From: an uncultured Gemmatimonadales bacterium
GTDB taxonomy: Bacteria > Gemmatimonadota > Gemmatimonadetes > Longimicrobiales > Gaopeijiaceae
Assembly: GCA_963823035.1 (NCBI GenBank)
Contig: CAWGKG010000023.1
Location: 96,001 to 160,000, forward strand
Reading direction: 5' to 3'
Length of the DNA: 64,000 bases
The position numbers were made by a program, and so were the translations under genes. The notes beneath the pieces were generated by a model. That model searched no databases and had not been told where the DNA came from. It saw only the letters and a program-made list of their open reading frames with translations. How positions within the stretch are numbered: the first letter of the stretch is position 1; every line of letters begins with the position of its first letter. This document shows, in pieces, positions 21,295 through 32,439 of this stretch.

Positions 21295-22059
21295 TCAGCC
21301 AGCGCCCCGGCCGCCTTGGAGCCGGGACACTCCCGCTTGAACGCCCGCCTGCACCGCACCCTGCGCAGCATTGACCGCCAGCCCGCGCACCATGGCCTCG
21401 ATGCTCACGCCCACCAGCACGTTGCTGAACCCCAGCGTCATGGCGTTGGGCACGATGGGAATATCACTGCAGGACGTCGCCATCAGCGGCGCGACAAAGG
21501 CCAGCGGGCCACCATTGACGGTGACGTTCGGACTGCCGACGGCTGTCGAGCCCTGCGAGCCCGGGTACGGCAGCGGCGGGAGGAGCAGCTTCACCCACGT
21601 CTGCCACTGGGTGAATGCGCTGAAGGACCCTTTGACCGACTCGAGCGCCGCTGCCTTGCTACTCGTGTCGATCCCGGTGACATCCTTGAGGAAGCTCTCC
21701 GCCGCAGGCGGTTTCGGTATCAACGCACCGATCATCGCGATCGCGATGTTGGCGAAAATCGTCAGCGCCATGAGCCCGAGCGCCATCGGAATGTTCGTGA
21801 GGTAGCGCTTCCAATAGCTCGGCATGTTCGGCGGCAACACCGGCACACCCTGTGGCACGTGCGCCGAGTATCCCATCGCCCCCACCGCGCAGGCCGGCAT
21901 GCTGTTGATCAGGACGTCCGCCTTCGGGAAGGACGGTGTATGCCAGAGGAAGATGGAGCCGAAATACGGATGGACCGGGATACCGGGAATCGGCGTGACC
22001 GCATGCACGTCCACACCGACGATCATGTCCATCAGCTTCACGGCCGGCCAGTTGGGCAT
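21295..22059 (-). CDS. Stand-alone PAAR-like spike-tip protein with internal hydrophobic segment
   Basis: KLMDMIVGVDVH, HPYFG, VLINSMPACAVG...H, VGSPNVTVNGGP, SCSD and NVLVG resemble PAAR-like N-termini of Rhs proteins. Lies downstream of vgrG and DUF2169. Confidence 0.7.
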   Translation of the reverse strand: MPNWPAVKLMDMIVGVDVHAVTPIPGIPVHPYFGSIFLWHTPSFPKADVLINSMPACAVGAMGYSAHVPQGVPVLPPNMPSYWKRYLTNIPMALGLMALTIFANIAIAMIGALIPKPPAAESFLKDVTGIDTSSKAAALESVKGSFSAFTQWQTWVKLLLPPLPYPGSQGSTAVGSPNVTVNGGPLAFVAPLMATSCSDIPIVPNAMTLGFSNVLVGVSIEAMVRGLAVNAAQGAVQAGVQAGVSRLQGGRGAG

Positions 22060-22071
22060 TCCTCGGCTCCG

Positions 22072-22455
22072 CTACCGGTTGACGCGGACGATCTGGAGAG
22101 CGCCGGTAAGCCGCCGCTTCACGTATACGACCTGCACCTGGTCGCCGTCCTGCACGGCCTCGAACGAGGCTTGATTCACCTGGGCCGTCACTTCCCGTCC
22201 GTCGATGGTCACGTTCACCAGGTACGCCTCGGGCGTCACCTGTGGGCGCACGTACGATCGCCCATCGATCACCTGTGTGACGTACGACTTCCCGGGCTCC
22301 TTGTAGGCCTTCCCGACCACCGAGGCGGTGGCCGTCTGCTCGGCGAGTCCGACGGTGTTCACGGCCATGAACAGCCAATAGAGCGCGACGAGGACGATGA
22401 CGACCACGCCCACCTTGTACATCACCGTGCCCTGCGGGCCGTCGGCCGGGGTCAT
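22072..22455 (-). CDS. Small membrane-anchored protein with beta-rich C-terminus
   Basis: N-terminal TM, then ASVVGKAY...FEAVQDGDQVQVVY (DUF2500-like). ATGA-coupled to DUF2169. Confidence 0.6.
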   Translation of the reverse strand: MTPADGPQGTVMYKVGVVVIVLVALYWLFMAVNTVGLAEQTATASVVGKAYKEPGKSYVTQVIDGRSYVRPQVTPEAYLVNVTIDGREVTAQVNQASFEAVQDGDQVQVVYVKRRLTGALQIVRVNR

Positions 22456-23582
22456 TGGACGATCACCTCCATCTTCTTCATCTCGGGCAGCCAGTCGGGC
22501 CCGCGGTATGGGAATGCGGCCCGCCAGACCATGTCCACGCGTCGCTCCTCGACCTGCACCATCACGGTGTGCAGGACGACCGGCGCCTCCTGAGCGCCCT
22601 CACCGAGGTCCAGCACCAGGCCGGGGCGCTCTCCGGGCAGATGGAACAAGAGGCGTCCATCGGGCGTCAAGTTGGCGGCCGCGATGACCTCGTCGCCGGC
22701 GAGGTAGGGTACGGCCAGCCCGCTGGATGCGCCATTGAAGAAGCGGAAGTCCATGTCCGGGAGCCCGGTCTGTTCGTACATCTCCTTCTGTTCGGGGGGA
22801 ACGAATTGCGCGTACGCCTTCCTCAATTCCTGCTCCGTCGCACGGTCCGCGGGCATCACGCCGGCCAGTGAGGCGCGGGGCTGCCACGTCTTGTGCACCC
22901 AGCCGAAGCCGGCGGGCATCGGCTGGCGTTCCCAGTACATGAAATGGCCGACGCACAGACGCTCCGGCGTGAGCGGATCGGCGGGATCCTCGATGTTCGG
23001 GAGCGGGAGGTTGTCGACCGCGCGTGGGACATTGCGCTCGGCGAAGCCGCGGCCGAGGGGATTGCGGGCGTAGACGACCTGAACCTTCGGGTCGGAGTAG
23101 ATGTCGACGCCGCCATAGGCCCGCTCGTACAGGAGCTGCATCTCTGTGAATGGCTGCGGTTCGGTGAACAGCGGCGCCGCACCCTCCTGGTAGCGGGCGA
23201 CGCGATCACCGACCACCAGGACGTCTTTGCGCACGTTGCCCACGACGACCGACGCGATGAGGGATCGCACCGCCTTCCCCCCGGGGGAGTAGGCCTTGGC
23301 GATGAAGACGACGTCGGTCGCCACCTTGAACGGAACGAAGTCGCTCTCGAAGCGGACCGACGAGCCCTGAGGATCACCGTAGTGGACGTCGCCGGGAACG
23401 AGCTTGTCGTCCTGCTCCGCGCGCACGCACGCGTCGCCCAGGATATCGTAGCTCTGCTTCAGCAACACCGCGAGCACGTGCTCGCCCTCCGGAGTCTGGC
23501 CGGGCAGGACGATCTTCCTGATCTCGCGTTCTTCGGTCACGTCTATCCGTCCAGTTGGTCGCTCGTTCTCGGCCGTGACCAT
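22452..23582 (-). CDS. DUF2169 family T6SS accessory/chaperone protein (copy 2)
   Basis: FESDFVPFKVATDV, VVGDR, LYERAYGG, NPLGRGF, LPNIEDP, PAGFG, FFNGA, LHTV...DMVWRA. Confidence 0.88.
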   Translation of the reverse strand: MVTAENERPTGRIDVTEEREIRKIVLPGQTPEGEHVLAVLLKQSYDILGDACVRAEQDDKLVPGDVHYGDPQGSSVRFESDFVPFKVATDVVFIAKAYSPGGKAVRSLIASVVVGNVRKDVLVVGDRVARYQEGAAPLFTEPQPFTEMQLLYERAYGGVDIYSDPKVQVVYARNPLGRGFAERNVPRAVDNLPLPNIEDPADPLTPERLCVGHFMYWERQPMPAGFGWVHKTWQPRASLAGVMPADRATEQELRKAYAQFVPPEQKEMYEQTGLPDMDFRFFNGASSGLAVPYLAGDEVIAAANLTPDGRLLFHLPGERPGLVLDLGEGAQEAPVVLHTVMVQVEERRVDMVWRAAFPYRGPDWLPEMKKMEVIVQ

Positions 23583-23583
23583 C

Positions 23584-24696
23584 TCACAGCACCTCGTACT
23601 CGAGCTTCTTCATCTCGGGCAGCCAGTCCGGGCCCGGGTGCTCGTGCGCGCCGCGCCAGACCAGATCTACCTGCATCGCATCCATGCGGACGCACACCGT
23701 ATGTAGCACTACTTCGAGCTCGTTCCGCCCGAACCCGATGTCCATCACCACCCCCGGCCGCTCCCCGGGCAGCTGGAAGTGGAGCAGACCTTCCACAGTG
23801 AGGCCCGCGAGCCGGACGGGCTCGTCGCCATTCAGGAACGGCAGCGCCAGGCCGAGTGACGCTCCGTTGTTGAAGCGGATGTCGAAGCTCGGCAGCTTGC
23901 GCTGACGCAGGAGCGCGATCTGCCCCTGTGGCACGATGCCCAGTGCCTCCTCGCGCATTACGGTGTCCGGATCCATCCGCCCCTGGATCGATCCGACGAA
24001 CGAGCAGCGTGGATACCATGTCTTCTGGAACCATCCGAACCCCTGGGGCAGCGGCAGATCGTTCCAGGCGTCGCGATCCTCCAGCACCACACGCTGGGGC
24101 GTGAGCGGCTCGTAGGGATCCTCGAGATTGGGCAGGCGGAGGCCGTGTACCGCTTCGGGTACGTTCCTGAGGGCCACCCCTGTGCCGCGATAGTTGCGCG
24201 GGTAGTAGAACGGCAGCGCCGGCTCGCTCACGTGGTCCTCGCCCCCGAACGCGCGGTCGTAGCGGATCGGCATCCTCGTGAACGGCTCAGGATCGGTGAA
24301 CGCGGGAGGCAGCCCTTCGCGGTAGATACAGCATCGGTCGCCGATCACACGGATCGACTTGCCGTGTTCCGCGACCTGAACGCCCACGTCCATCCACGTG
24401 ACGCCCCTTTCCGACGGCGCACACGCCTCTCCGATCACGACGAAGTCGGTGGCGATCTTGTACGGCGCCAGGTCCGACTCGTACTGCACGGTGCTCGTCT
24501 CGGCGTCTCCCTGGTCGTAGTACTCGTCGACCTCGAGGAGCGGGACGGGGCTCTCCGACCGCACGCAGCGCCCGCCGGGCACGATGTCGTACGTGCGCTT
24601 GGCGAGCAGCGCGAAGATGTGCGCTCCCGTCTCCGTCCGGGCTGGCAGCAGCACCACGTCCTTCACGGGAGGCTTGGAGCGGTCGATGGACGTCAT
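23584..24696 (-). CDS. DUF2169 family T6SS accessory/chaperone protein (copy 1)
   Basis: YESDLAPYKIATD, VIGDR, RYDRAFGG, LPNLEDP, PQGFG, LHTV...DLVWRG. Directly downstream of vgrG. Confidence 0.88.
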   Translation of the reverse strand: MTSIDRSKPPVKDVVLLPARTETGAHIFALLAKRTYDIVPGGRCVRSESPVPLLEVDEYYDQGDAETSTVQYESDLAPYKIATDFVVIGEACAPSERGVTWMDVGVQVAEHGKSIRVIGDRCCIYREGLPPAFTDPEPFTRMPIRYDRAFGGEDHVSEPALPFYYPRNYRGTGVALRNVPEAVHGLRLPNLEDPYEPLTPQRVVLEDRDAWNDLPLPQGFGWFQKTWYPRCSFVGSIQGRMDPDTVMREEALGIVPQGQIALLRQRKLPSFDIRFNNGASLGLALPFLNGDEPVRLAGLTVEGLLHFQLPGERPGVVMDIGFGRNELEVVLHTVCVRMDAMQVDLVWRGAHEHPGPDWLPEMKKLEYEVL

Positions 24697-24709
24697 GATC
24701 GCTACCGGG

Positions 24710-26715
24710 TCACGGATTCAGCATGACCATGCCGCCCTTGACGATGTTCGTCGCCTTCCCATCCGACATGACCTGCGGCGCCTCGATCGACACGTTCGCG
24801 TCACCCTTGATCATGACCGTGAGGCCTTTGGCCTCCACGGACGTGTCGGCGGCGATGCCGACCGCTCCGCCCTGCTTGCCCTCAATCGACACGTTGACCC
24901 CCTTCAGCTCGATCGTCCCGTCCGACTTCATGAGAAGCGAGCTGCTCCCCACCTCCAGCTTGATCTCGGTGGCCGCCGTGATCTCGATCTTGGACGATTC
25001 CGATGTGATCGCGATCTCGTTCTTCACGGTGTCGGTCTGCTTGCCTGCTGAAACCGAGGTGCTCATGTCGCCCGCGGTGACCGTGGTGCTCAGGTTGCCC
25101 TCGGAGATCGTGACGTTCGTGTCCTTCTTGAATCGTCTCCGTGTGCGTGCCGATCGACCGTGATCGTGCGGTCGTTGTTCACCGTCTGCGTCTCGTCGTG
25201 CTCGACGGTGGTACCCATGTCGTACTGGGCGTGGATGGTGATCTTCTCCTCGCCCGCCGTGTCCGTCATGGTGATCTCGTTGCTGCCTCCGCCACCGGGA
25301 GAGGTCCGGGACTTCATCCCCATCTGGATCCCGGCACCGGGGAGCGCGAAGGGCACCGCCTGCTCCGCGTTGTAGACGCTTCCCGTGACGATCGGCGCGT
25401 CGGGATTGCCCTCGAGGAAGTCGACGATCACCTCGTTGCCGATGCGGGGGATCGAGATCGACCCGTAGCCCTTGCCCGCCCAGAAGGACACGACGCGTAC
25501 GAAGAGCGAGCTGTTCTGGTCTCTCTGACCCAGGCGATCCCAGTAGAACTGGATCTTGATGCGGCCGTACTCGTCGGTGTAGACCTCCTCCCCGGCGGGG
25601 CCCACCACGACCGCGGTCTGCGACCCGTGGATGCGCGGCTTGCGGCTGCGTCGCGGCGGCCGGTAGGGAGTGGCCGAGGGGATGCACACGAAGGTGTTGT
25701 TGTACTCGGTGCTCGCCGTATCCCACGAGCGATAGTCGCCCGCCTCGGCTCGATGCGACACGTGCAGGAGCAGGTACTCCTGGTTCGCATCGGCACGGTA
25801 GTGCTCCTCGAGCGTGAACTTGTGCCCGCTCACGAAGGCGCGGCAGTTGCTCGCGCCTCGGACCACCTGCCCCCCGCACGCGCCCTCTTCGAGGAGGAGC
25901 TGCGCGTAGCGCGCGCCCTCGTCCAGCTCCACGTAGTGCCCGGGATAGTCGTAGACCTCCTCCCAGTCCTCGCTCTCGGCGGCTGTTTCCAGGTTCAGGG
26001 AGGGACGCGTGAAGTCGTAGTCGCGCAGCGTGACCTTCCCGAGGTGCACGGCGGACTCCAGCGAGATCGACGTGACCACGTCCTCGTCCTGCCAGGGGCC
26101 CTCCTCGACCGCCATGCGCACGGCGTCCTGCGCGGGGCAGGGCTGGCAGGTGCTGTTCAGGTCCGCGAGGACGAGCGTGTGCGTGTCCTGCGTGTGCTCG
26201 AAGAAGTAGAAGATGCCCTCTTCCTCGAGAAGGCGGGACACGAAGTTGAAGTGCGTCTCCCGGTACTGCACGCAGTACTCGCGCGGGGCGTAGGTCTGCG
26301 AGCAGCGTAGCTCGTAGTCGGTGTAGCCCAGCCCGTCGAACACCTCCTGCACGATGTCCAGCACCGACTTGTTCTGGAACACCTTGCAGTCCTGCGACAG
26401 CGTCAGGAACCAGAGCCAGGGCACCAGCTCGACGCTGTAGAACGTGAGATCCTCCTGCTGACCCATCTGCGCGAAGCGCCGCACCAGACCGTGGATCTTC
26501 CGCTCCCCCCCGTCCTGCAGGTTCACGGTCACGACCATGGGCTGGCGGAGGAGCTCGGATGGATCGACGGCCTCCTCCTCGGAGAGGAGCTCGAGGGTGT
26601 AGTGGTAGGGAACGGATACACCCTCGTCTCCGTGGAATCGCTGCAGGAGGAGCACGTCGGGGTCGAGCGGCGTGTCGACGCGGAAGGGCCGGCCCGCCTG
26701 CGTGAAGCTACCCAT
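24710..26715 (-). CDS. vgrG: T6SS spike protein VgrG (frameshift near 25140-25160)
   Basis: MGSFTQAGRPF start, PWLWFL, REYCVQYRETHFNFVSRLLEEEGIFYFF, GSQTAVVVGP, DEYGRIKIQFYWDR, IPRIGNEVIVDFLEGNPDAP. Gp5-C-like tail ending GGMVMLNP. Confidence 0.95.
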
Positions 26716-26761
26716 CGCACCGCCTCCGTTCGGGTTCCGTGCGAAACCGCTCGCTGACGCG

Positions 26762-29576
26762 TCATGACGCCCCCGCCGAAGCGGTCTTGCTCGGCCCCGG
26801 CCGACGCCTCCGAGCTCGTCACGCCGTTGTAGAGGAACGAGCCGTCCTCCGCGAGATCGATCCGGATCTCCCCCGGCTTCGTGCCGTCGACCATCGACCG
26901 CAGCAGGATGGTCGACAGGTCCGGCAGCAGGGTGTTCGTGAGGATGTTGTCGATGTTGCGCGCGCCGCTCTCCACCTCGGTGCACCGGCTGGCGATCTCG
27001 TCCACCAGCGCGTCGCTGAGCGTCAGCTGTACGCGGTGGCTGGCGTGCATACGCCGCTGCACCTTGGCGAGCTTGAGGCGGATGATACTCTTGAGCGCCT
27101 CGTCCCGGATCGGGTAGTAGGGCACGATGACGGTGCGGCCGAGCAGCGCCGGCTTGAACACCTTGTCCAGCTCGGCCTTGATCGACTTCACCAGCCCCGC
27201 GGGGCTGGGCATGGTCTCCGGATCCGCGCACAGGGCCATCAGCTCGTCCGTGGCGGCGTTCGTGGTGAGGATGATGATCGTGTTCTTGAAGTCGATCTCC
27301 CGCCCCTCACCGTCCTCCATCCGGCCCTTGTCGAACACCTGGAAGAAGAGCTCCATCACGTCCGGGTGCGCCTTCTCGACCTCGTCGAGCAGCACCACCG
27401 AGTAGGGCTTGCGGCGCACCGCCTCGGTGAGCACGCCGCCCTCCCCGTAGCCGACGTATCCGGGAGGGGAGCCCTTGAGCGTCGAGACCGTGTGCGCCTC
27501 CTGGAACTCCGACATGGCGATGGTGATCAGGTTGTGCTCGCCACCGTACAACAGATCCGAGAGGGTGAGCGCGGTTTCGGTCTTGCCGACGCCGCTGGGG
27601 CCCACCAGGAGGAAGACGCCCACGGGCTTGCCGGGGTCCTCGATGCTCGCCTTGGACGAGCGGATCCTGTGGCTCAGCACCTCGAGCGCGTGGTCCTGGC
27701 CGATGATGCGCTCCCCGAGGTACCTCTCGAGCTCGAGCGCCATCGCCATGTCGTCGCGCATCATCTTCCCGACCGGGATGCCGGTCCATCCGGAGATGAC
27801 CTGCCCCACCAACTCCCCGTCCACGGAGACCGGCACGAGCGGGTCCTCTCCCTGGATCGTCCTCCAGCTCCGCGTCCAGCCGCTTGAGCTCGTCACGGAG
27901 CGCGGCGGCGTCCACCGGGGCGGCGGCCTCGGCGGCGGGGGCGGGTCGCGGCGGGGGCGGCTTCGCCTCCTCCGCGGCGCCCGGCCTCGCCCTGGGCGGT
28001 GGTCTCGGCGGACGCGCCCTGTCCGTTCGCCTGCGCGCCGTCGTCGGCCGTGGCCTCGAGGCGTGCGCGCGTCTCCCGGATCTTCGTGACCAGGTCGCGC
28101 TCCTTGCTTCCACCGCTCCTCCAGCCCGGCCAGCTCGACCTGGATCGCCTCACGGCGGGCGGCCAGCTCCGCGAGCCGCTCGGCGTGGTCGATGCCCAGC
28201 GTCTCCTCGCGCCGGAGCACGCGCATCTGCACGTCCACGTCCTGGAGGCGGCGCATGGCGCTCTCCACCGGCGGAGGCGTGGAGCTCTGTCCGAGCGCCA
28301 GCCGTGCGCAGGCCGTGTCCAGCACGCTCACCGCCTTGTCGGGCAGCTGCCGCTCCGACAGGTAGCGCGCCGACAGCCTGACGGCCGCGTCCATCCCGTC
28401 GTCCAGGATCCGCACCTTGTGGTGCTTCTCCAGGCTGGGGACGACGCCGCGGAGCATGACCTTGCACACCTCCTCCTCGGGCTCCTCCACCTTCACCACC
28501 TGGAAGCGGCGCGTCAGAGCGGGGTCCTTCTCGAAGTACTTCTTGTACTCGGACCAGGTGGTGGCGGCGAGCGTGCGCAGCTCCCCGCGCGCCAGGGCGG
28601 GCTTGAGGAGGTTGGCGGCATCGTTCTGCCCGGCCGCGCCGCCGGCGCCGATCATCGTGTGCGCCTCGTCGATGAAGAGGATGATCGGCGTCGCCGACCC
28701 CTTCACCTCGTCGATGAGCCCCTTGAGCCGACTCTCGAACTCCCCTTTCACGCCGGCACCGGCCTGCAGGAGCGCCAGGTCGAGGCTGCGCACGGAGACG
28801 TTCCGGAGCACCGGCGGCACCTCGCCCGCGGCCACGCGCATGGCGAATCCCTCCACCACGGCCGTCTTCCCGACCCCGGCCTCTCCAACCAGGATCGGGT
28901 TGTTCTGGCGCCGGCGCGTGAGGATGTCGACGACCTGACGGATCTCGAAGTCGCGGCCGAGCACGGGGTCCAGCTCACCCTGCCGCGCCTGCTCCGTGAG
29001 GTCCTGCGTGTACTTGTCCAGCTTGGCGGTCTTGCCGCTTCCGGGTCGCGCGGCGCCGGTGGGTGCGCCGGCCTCCCCCTCCTCGACGTAGCCTCCCGCT
29101 TCCTCCTCCACCGACTTGGCGACGATGCTCTCGAACTCCTGGCGAAGCTGGTCGACCGGGATCTTCTCCAGCTCGCGGCTGGACGCCACCACGCGAGAGC
29201 GCAGGTCGGCGTGCACGAGCAGCGCCAGGAGCGTGTGGCCGGTGCGGATGCGGCGCGCGCCGTAGTCCACCGAGCCGAGGAGCCACCCCTCCTGGAGCAT
29301 GCTCACCAGCTTCGGGCTCAGCGACGGACGGTCGCCGCTGCCCGTCTTCATCCGGTCGAGGTGATCGGTCAGCTCCGAGGCGAGCCGCGAGCGGTTCACC
29401 CCGAAGTGCTTGAGGATGAAGGCCACGTCGCCGTCCGTGGCGTCGAGGAGCTTCATGAGGTAGTGGTCGATCTCGACGTCGTAGTGCGTGAGCGACATGC
29501 AGTAGCCGGCGGCCGCATCCATCGCGGCGCGGGTCTCGTCGTTCAGCTTCCCGATGAGGGACTTGAGATTCACCAT
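26762..29576 (-). CDS. tssH: T6SS AAA+ ATPase ClpV/TssH (compensating frameshifts near 27860-28110; true stop probably near 26762)
   Basis: MVNLKSLIGKLN, LTRRRQNNPILVGEAGVGKT, FIDEAH, GPSGVGKT, LLDEVEKAHPDV, ESGARNID. Confidence 0.95.
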
Positions 29577-29588
29577 GGCAGACCTCGC

Positions 29589-30635
29589 TCAGAGCGAGAG
29601 GACGGTATCGGAGGCATCCTGCTGGAACGGCGCCGAGCGCAGCCAGGTCGACCACCCCAGCGGGGTGGCCTCCTCCGCGCCCAACTCGATGGTCGGCACT
29701 TCGTTCTTCTCGAGGATCAAGCGTAGCTCGAACTCGATCTGGTCGTCCGAGAAGAAGCGTGTGATGGCCCGCATCTCCCGGTGCGCGGGCCCCGTCGGGA
29801 GGAAATCACGGTAGCGGCTCATCGGGACCGGGCCCACCACGATGCGCGCCCGCGCGTTCGGGTCCCATACCTCGTCGCCGATGAGGGCGCCGAAGCCCAG
29901 GCGGGTGGAGCCGTCGCCCTCTTCGTCGTCGACTCGGCACTGCGCGACCCCGGTCATGTCGTACCAGGCGCCGACGAACTGCTCCACCTCGATCGGGACC
30001 TCGAAGTAGTCCTCCAGAAGCTGCTGCAACGCGCCCGCGCTGCGCTGGTGCGGTCCGAGGAGGCCGACGTAGCCGAGGAGCGTCTCGGGCTCGATGTCGA
30101 GCGCCTCGCGCGCGCCGGCGTTGCCCAGGCCGATGAGGTCGAAGAGGTGGGCCGTGACCCTGTCCCGCTCGCCCCGCTCCCACGGCACGTAGAAGCGGTA
30201 GCGCTCCCACGCCCGATAGAACAGCGCCAGCAGGCGGTGGTGGAAGAGGTCGAGGAAGTCGCGCAGCGCGAAGTCACGCGCGCGGTTGCGCGCCATCACC
30301 TCCACGGAGTAGTGGTGCGGAAGCACGCCCATGTGCCCGACCAGCCCCATGAAGTTGACCGACATGTTCCAGCGCGGCGAATCCGGCGGGAGGTCCAGAT
30401 CCTGGATCTCGCCCGCCGGAAAGGCGAGGTCGGGGTTCGCGCCGAAGCGCACGACCTCGTCGCCGGGGTGGCCGAACAGCCCCACCGGCGCCCGCTCCGG
30501 AGAGGCGTGCTGCAGCAGGCGCACGGCCTGGAAGAAGCGGAAGGAGTGGATGTGCTCCTTCAGCTCCCCGAGGAGCGCTTCGCGGGCCGTCTGGTCGCTC
30601 ACAGGAGCGGCTTCTGTCCTGCCCTCGGTGGCCAT
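29589..30635 (-). CDS. tssG: T6SS baseplate subunit TssG
   Basis: FRFFQAVRLL, LAFPAGEI, FMGLVGHMGVLP, FLDLFHHRLLALFYRAW, EQFVGAW, LGWSTWL. Confidence 0.92.
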   Translation of the reverse strand: MATEGRTEAAPVSDQTAREALLGELKEHIHSFRFFQAVRLLQHASPERAPVGLFGHPGDEVVRFGANPDLAFPAGEIQDLDLPPDSPRWNMSVNFMGLVGHMGVLPHHYSVEVMARNRARDFALRDFLDLFHHRLLALFYRAWERYRFYVPWERGERDRVTAHLFDLIGLGNAGAREALDIEPETLLGYVGLLGPHQRSAGALQQLLEDYFEVPIEVEQFVGAWYDMTGVAQCRVDDEEGDGSTRLGFGALIGDEVWDPNARARIVVGPVPMSRYRDFLPTGPAHREMRAITRFFSDDQIEFELRLILEKNEVPTIELGAEEATPLGWSTWLRSAPFQQDASDTVLSL

Positions 30636-32435
30636 GCCTTCAGAATCTCCGGACGCTGTTTGGTTCTGGCAACAAGGCGCGAGAAGCTGTTGAGCGAGGC
30701 GTACTGGGCCAGGAAGCGCTCCAGCACCGACGCGAACAGGTACACGCTTCCCCCCGTGAAGGCCTCCTCGTCGAACTCGATCTCGACGCTTCGACCGCGG
30801 GCGAAGCTCAGCCCGTGCTCGCTCTGGACCGGCGCGTGCAGGGGCTCTCCGCGAATGCGGAGGATGCCGTCCACGTGCCGCTCCCCCGTCGGGGCGCCGC
30901 CGAAGTTGTACAGGCGGATCATCTCCCGGAACGCGTCGGCCCCGCGGTCGACGAGCGAGAGGTGGTTCAGGGAGAGCATCGACACCAACCGCCACAGCTC
31001 CTCCCCACCCAGCGGCGGCCGCACCACCCGCGTCGGCGCCGTCAGCATGAAGATGCCCGTGAGCGGCGCGCTCTCCTCCTCCAGGTGCAGATCCGACTGC
31101 GCCGTCCCGAAGGGAAGCTCGTTGGGGAGGTTCCCGTTCGAGCACAGCACCCTCGCGCCGACCGACGGGAACTCCGGGTGCAGCGTCGCGCCGCTCAGGT
31201 CCACGAAGGAGATCGACACCTCGGAGGGGCTGTTCTCGCCCCAGGCGCGCGGCTGCCGCTTCGCGTACCAGAACAGGCCTTCGCCCCGCTCGGGCCTGCG
31301 GTGCTTGAGGGCGAAGAAGGGCAGGAACGGCACCTTGGTGGTGGTGCCCGGGGAGATCGCGAAGACGTCCTCGACCGAGAACACCTCCGCCTCGCCGTGC
31401 ACGCGTGACCGGGTACTCGCTCTTGCGCTGGTTCAGGTTGATCGGCCGCGCCTCGGCCGGAAAGAGGTTCACGACCGGCGTGCACGAGAGGCGCAGGCTG
31501 CGGTCCCCGACGCCGTCCTGCAGGCGGGCGTGCCGCTCCGGGCGCTGGAACGTCGAGATGTAGAAGAGGAGCTGGAAGGACTCACCGAAGCCCCTCCCGG
31601 CCATCCCGTCGAGCCCCTTCACGTCGATGAAGAAGTACTTCTGTGGGAAGGCGAAGTACTCCTGGATCATGCGGAACGGATAGAAGGAGCGCTGCGGCTG
31701 CGGCAGGAGCCCGTCGCCGGGCTCGAAGCCGACCGGCTGGACCGCGGCACCCGGCAGCACGAGGGGACGGGAGGTCGGACCCGCGTCCGGGTTCCACGCC
31801 ACCACGCGCACGCAGTTGTTCAGCAGCAGCTCGTAGAGCGACCCGACGAGCCCCGGATCCGCGTCGAGGTAGAAGCGCAGCTCGGAGAGGCCGATCTCGT
31901 CCACGGGGATCTGTCCGAGCGTGTGGACGTCGACGCGCAGCACGGCGAACGCGGACGTGGCGGTCGGACCCTTCACCTCGTGCGCGGCGTGCCAACCCAC
32001 CTTGCGGACCTCGAGTGGCCACAGCGTGGTGGGATAGCAGGTGCGGAAGCGGCAGCGCGTGCGCGAGCTGGTCGGCGGTGTGACCAGGCGGGCGCCCTGC
32101 GGGATCTTCCACCCCGTGGCCAGCGTGGCCTGATCGGGGTCGAGCCGGAACTCCGCCAGCGACATCGAAGGCACCGGGCGGAGGTACTGCGGATAGACGA
32201 CGTTCAGCAGCGCCTGCGAGATCTCCGGGAAGTCGTCGTCGATCTTGAGATGCACGCGCGCGGCCAGGAAGGCGAAGCCCTGGAGGAGGCGCTCGACGTG
32301 CGGATCTTCCGAGCGCGTGCTCTCGATGCGCAGCCGCGACGCCACCGCCTTGTAGCTGTCGGCGAACTCGGCCCCGAGCTGGCGGAGGAAGGTGAGCTCC
32401 CGTTCGTAGTAGTCCAGCAGCCGCTCATCTCTCAT
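30599..32435 (-). CDS. tssF: T6SS baseplate subunit TssF (frameshift near 31400)
   Basis: LLDYYERELTFLR, DPHVERLLQGFAFL, EYFAFPQKYFF, CTPVVNLF. C-terminal frame 30599-31402 has LWRLVSMLSLNHLSL and LERFLAQYASLNSF. Confidence 0.93.
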
Positions 32436-32439
32436 GCCG

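Noticed and set aside
26529..26761. ClpV C-terminal extension overlapping vgrG
   Set aside because: Low-complexity read-through. A one-base shift gives a stop at 26762-26764 just before the vgrG RBS.
29589..32435. Apparent 948-aa TssF-TssG fusion ORF
   Set aside because: The TssF C-terminus lies in another frame (30599-31402). The fusion results from one indel near 31400 that drops into the tssG frame.
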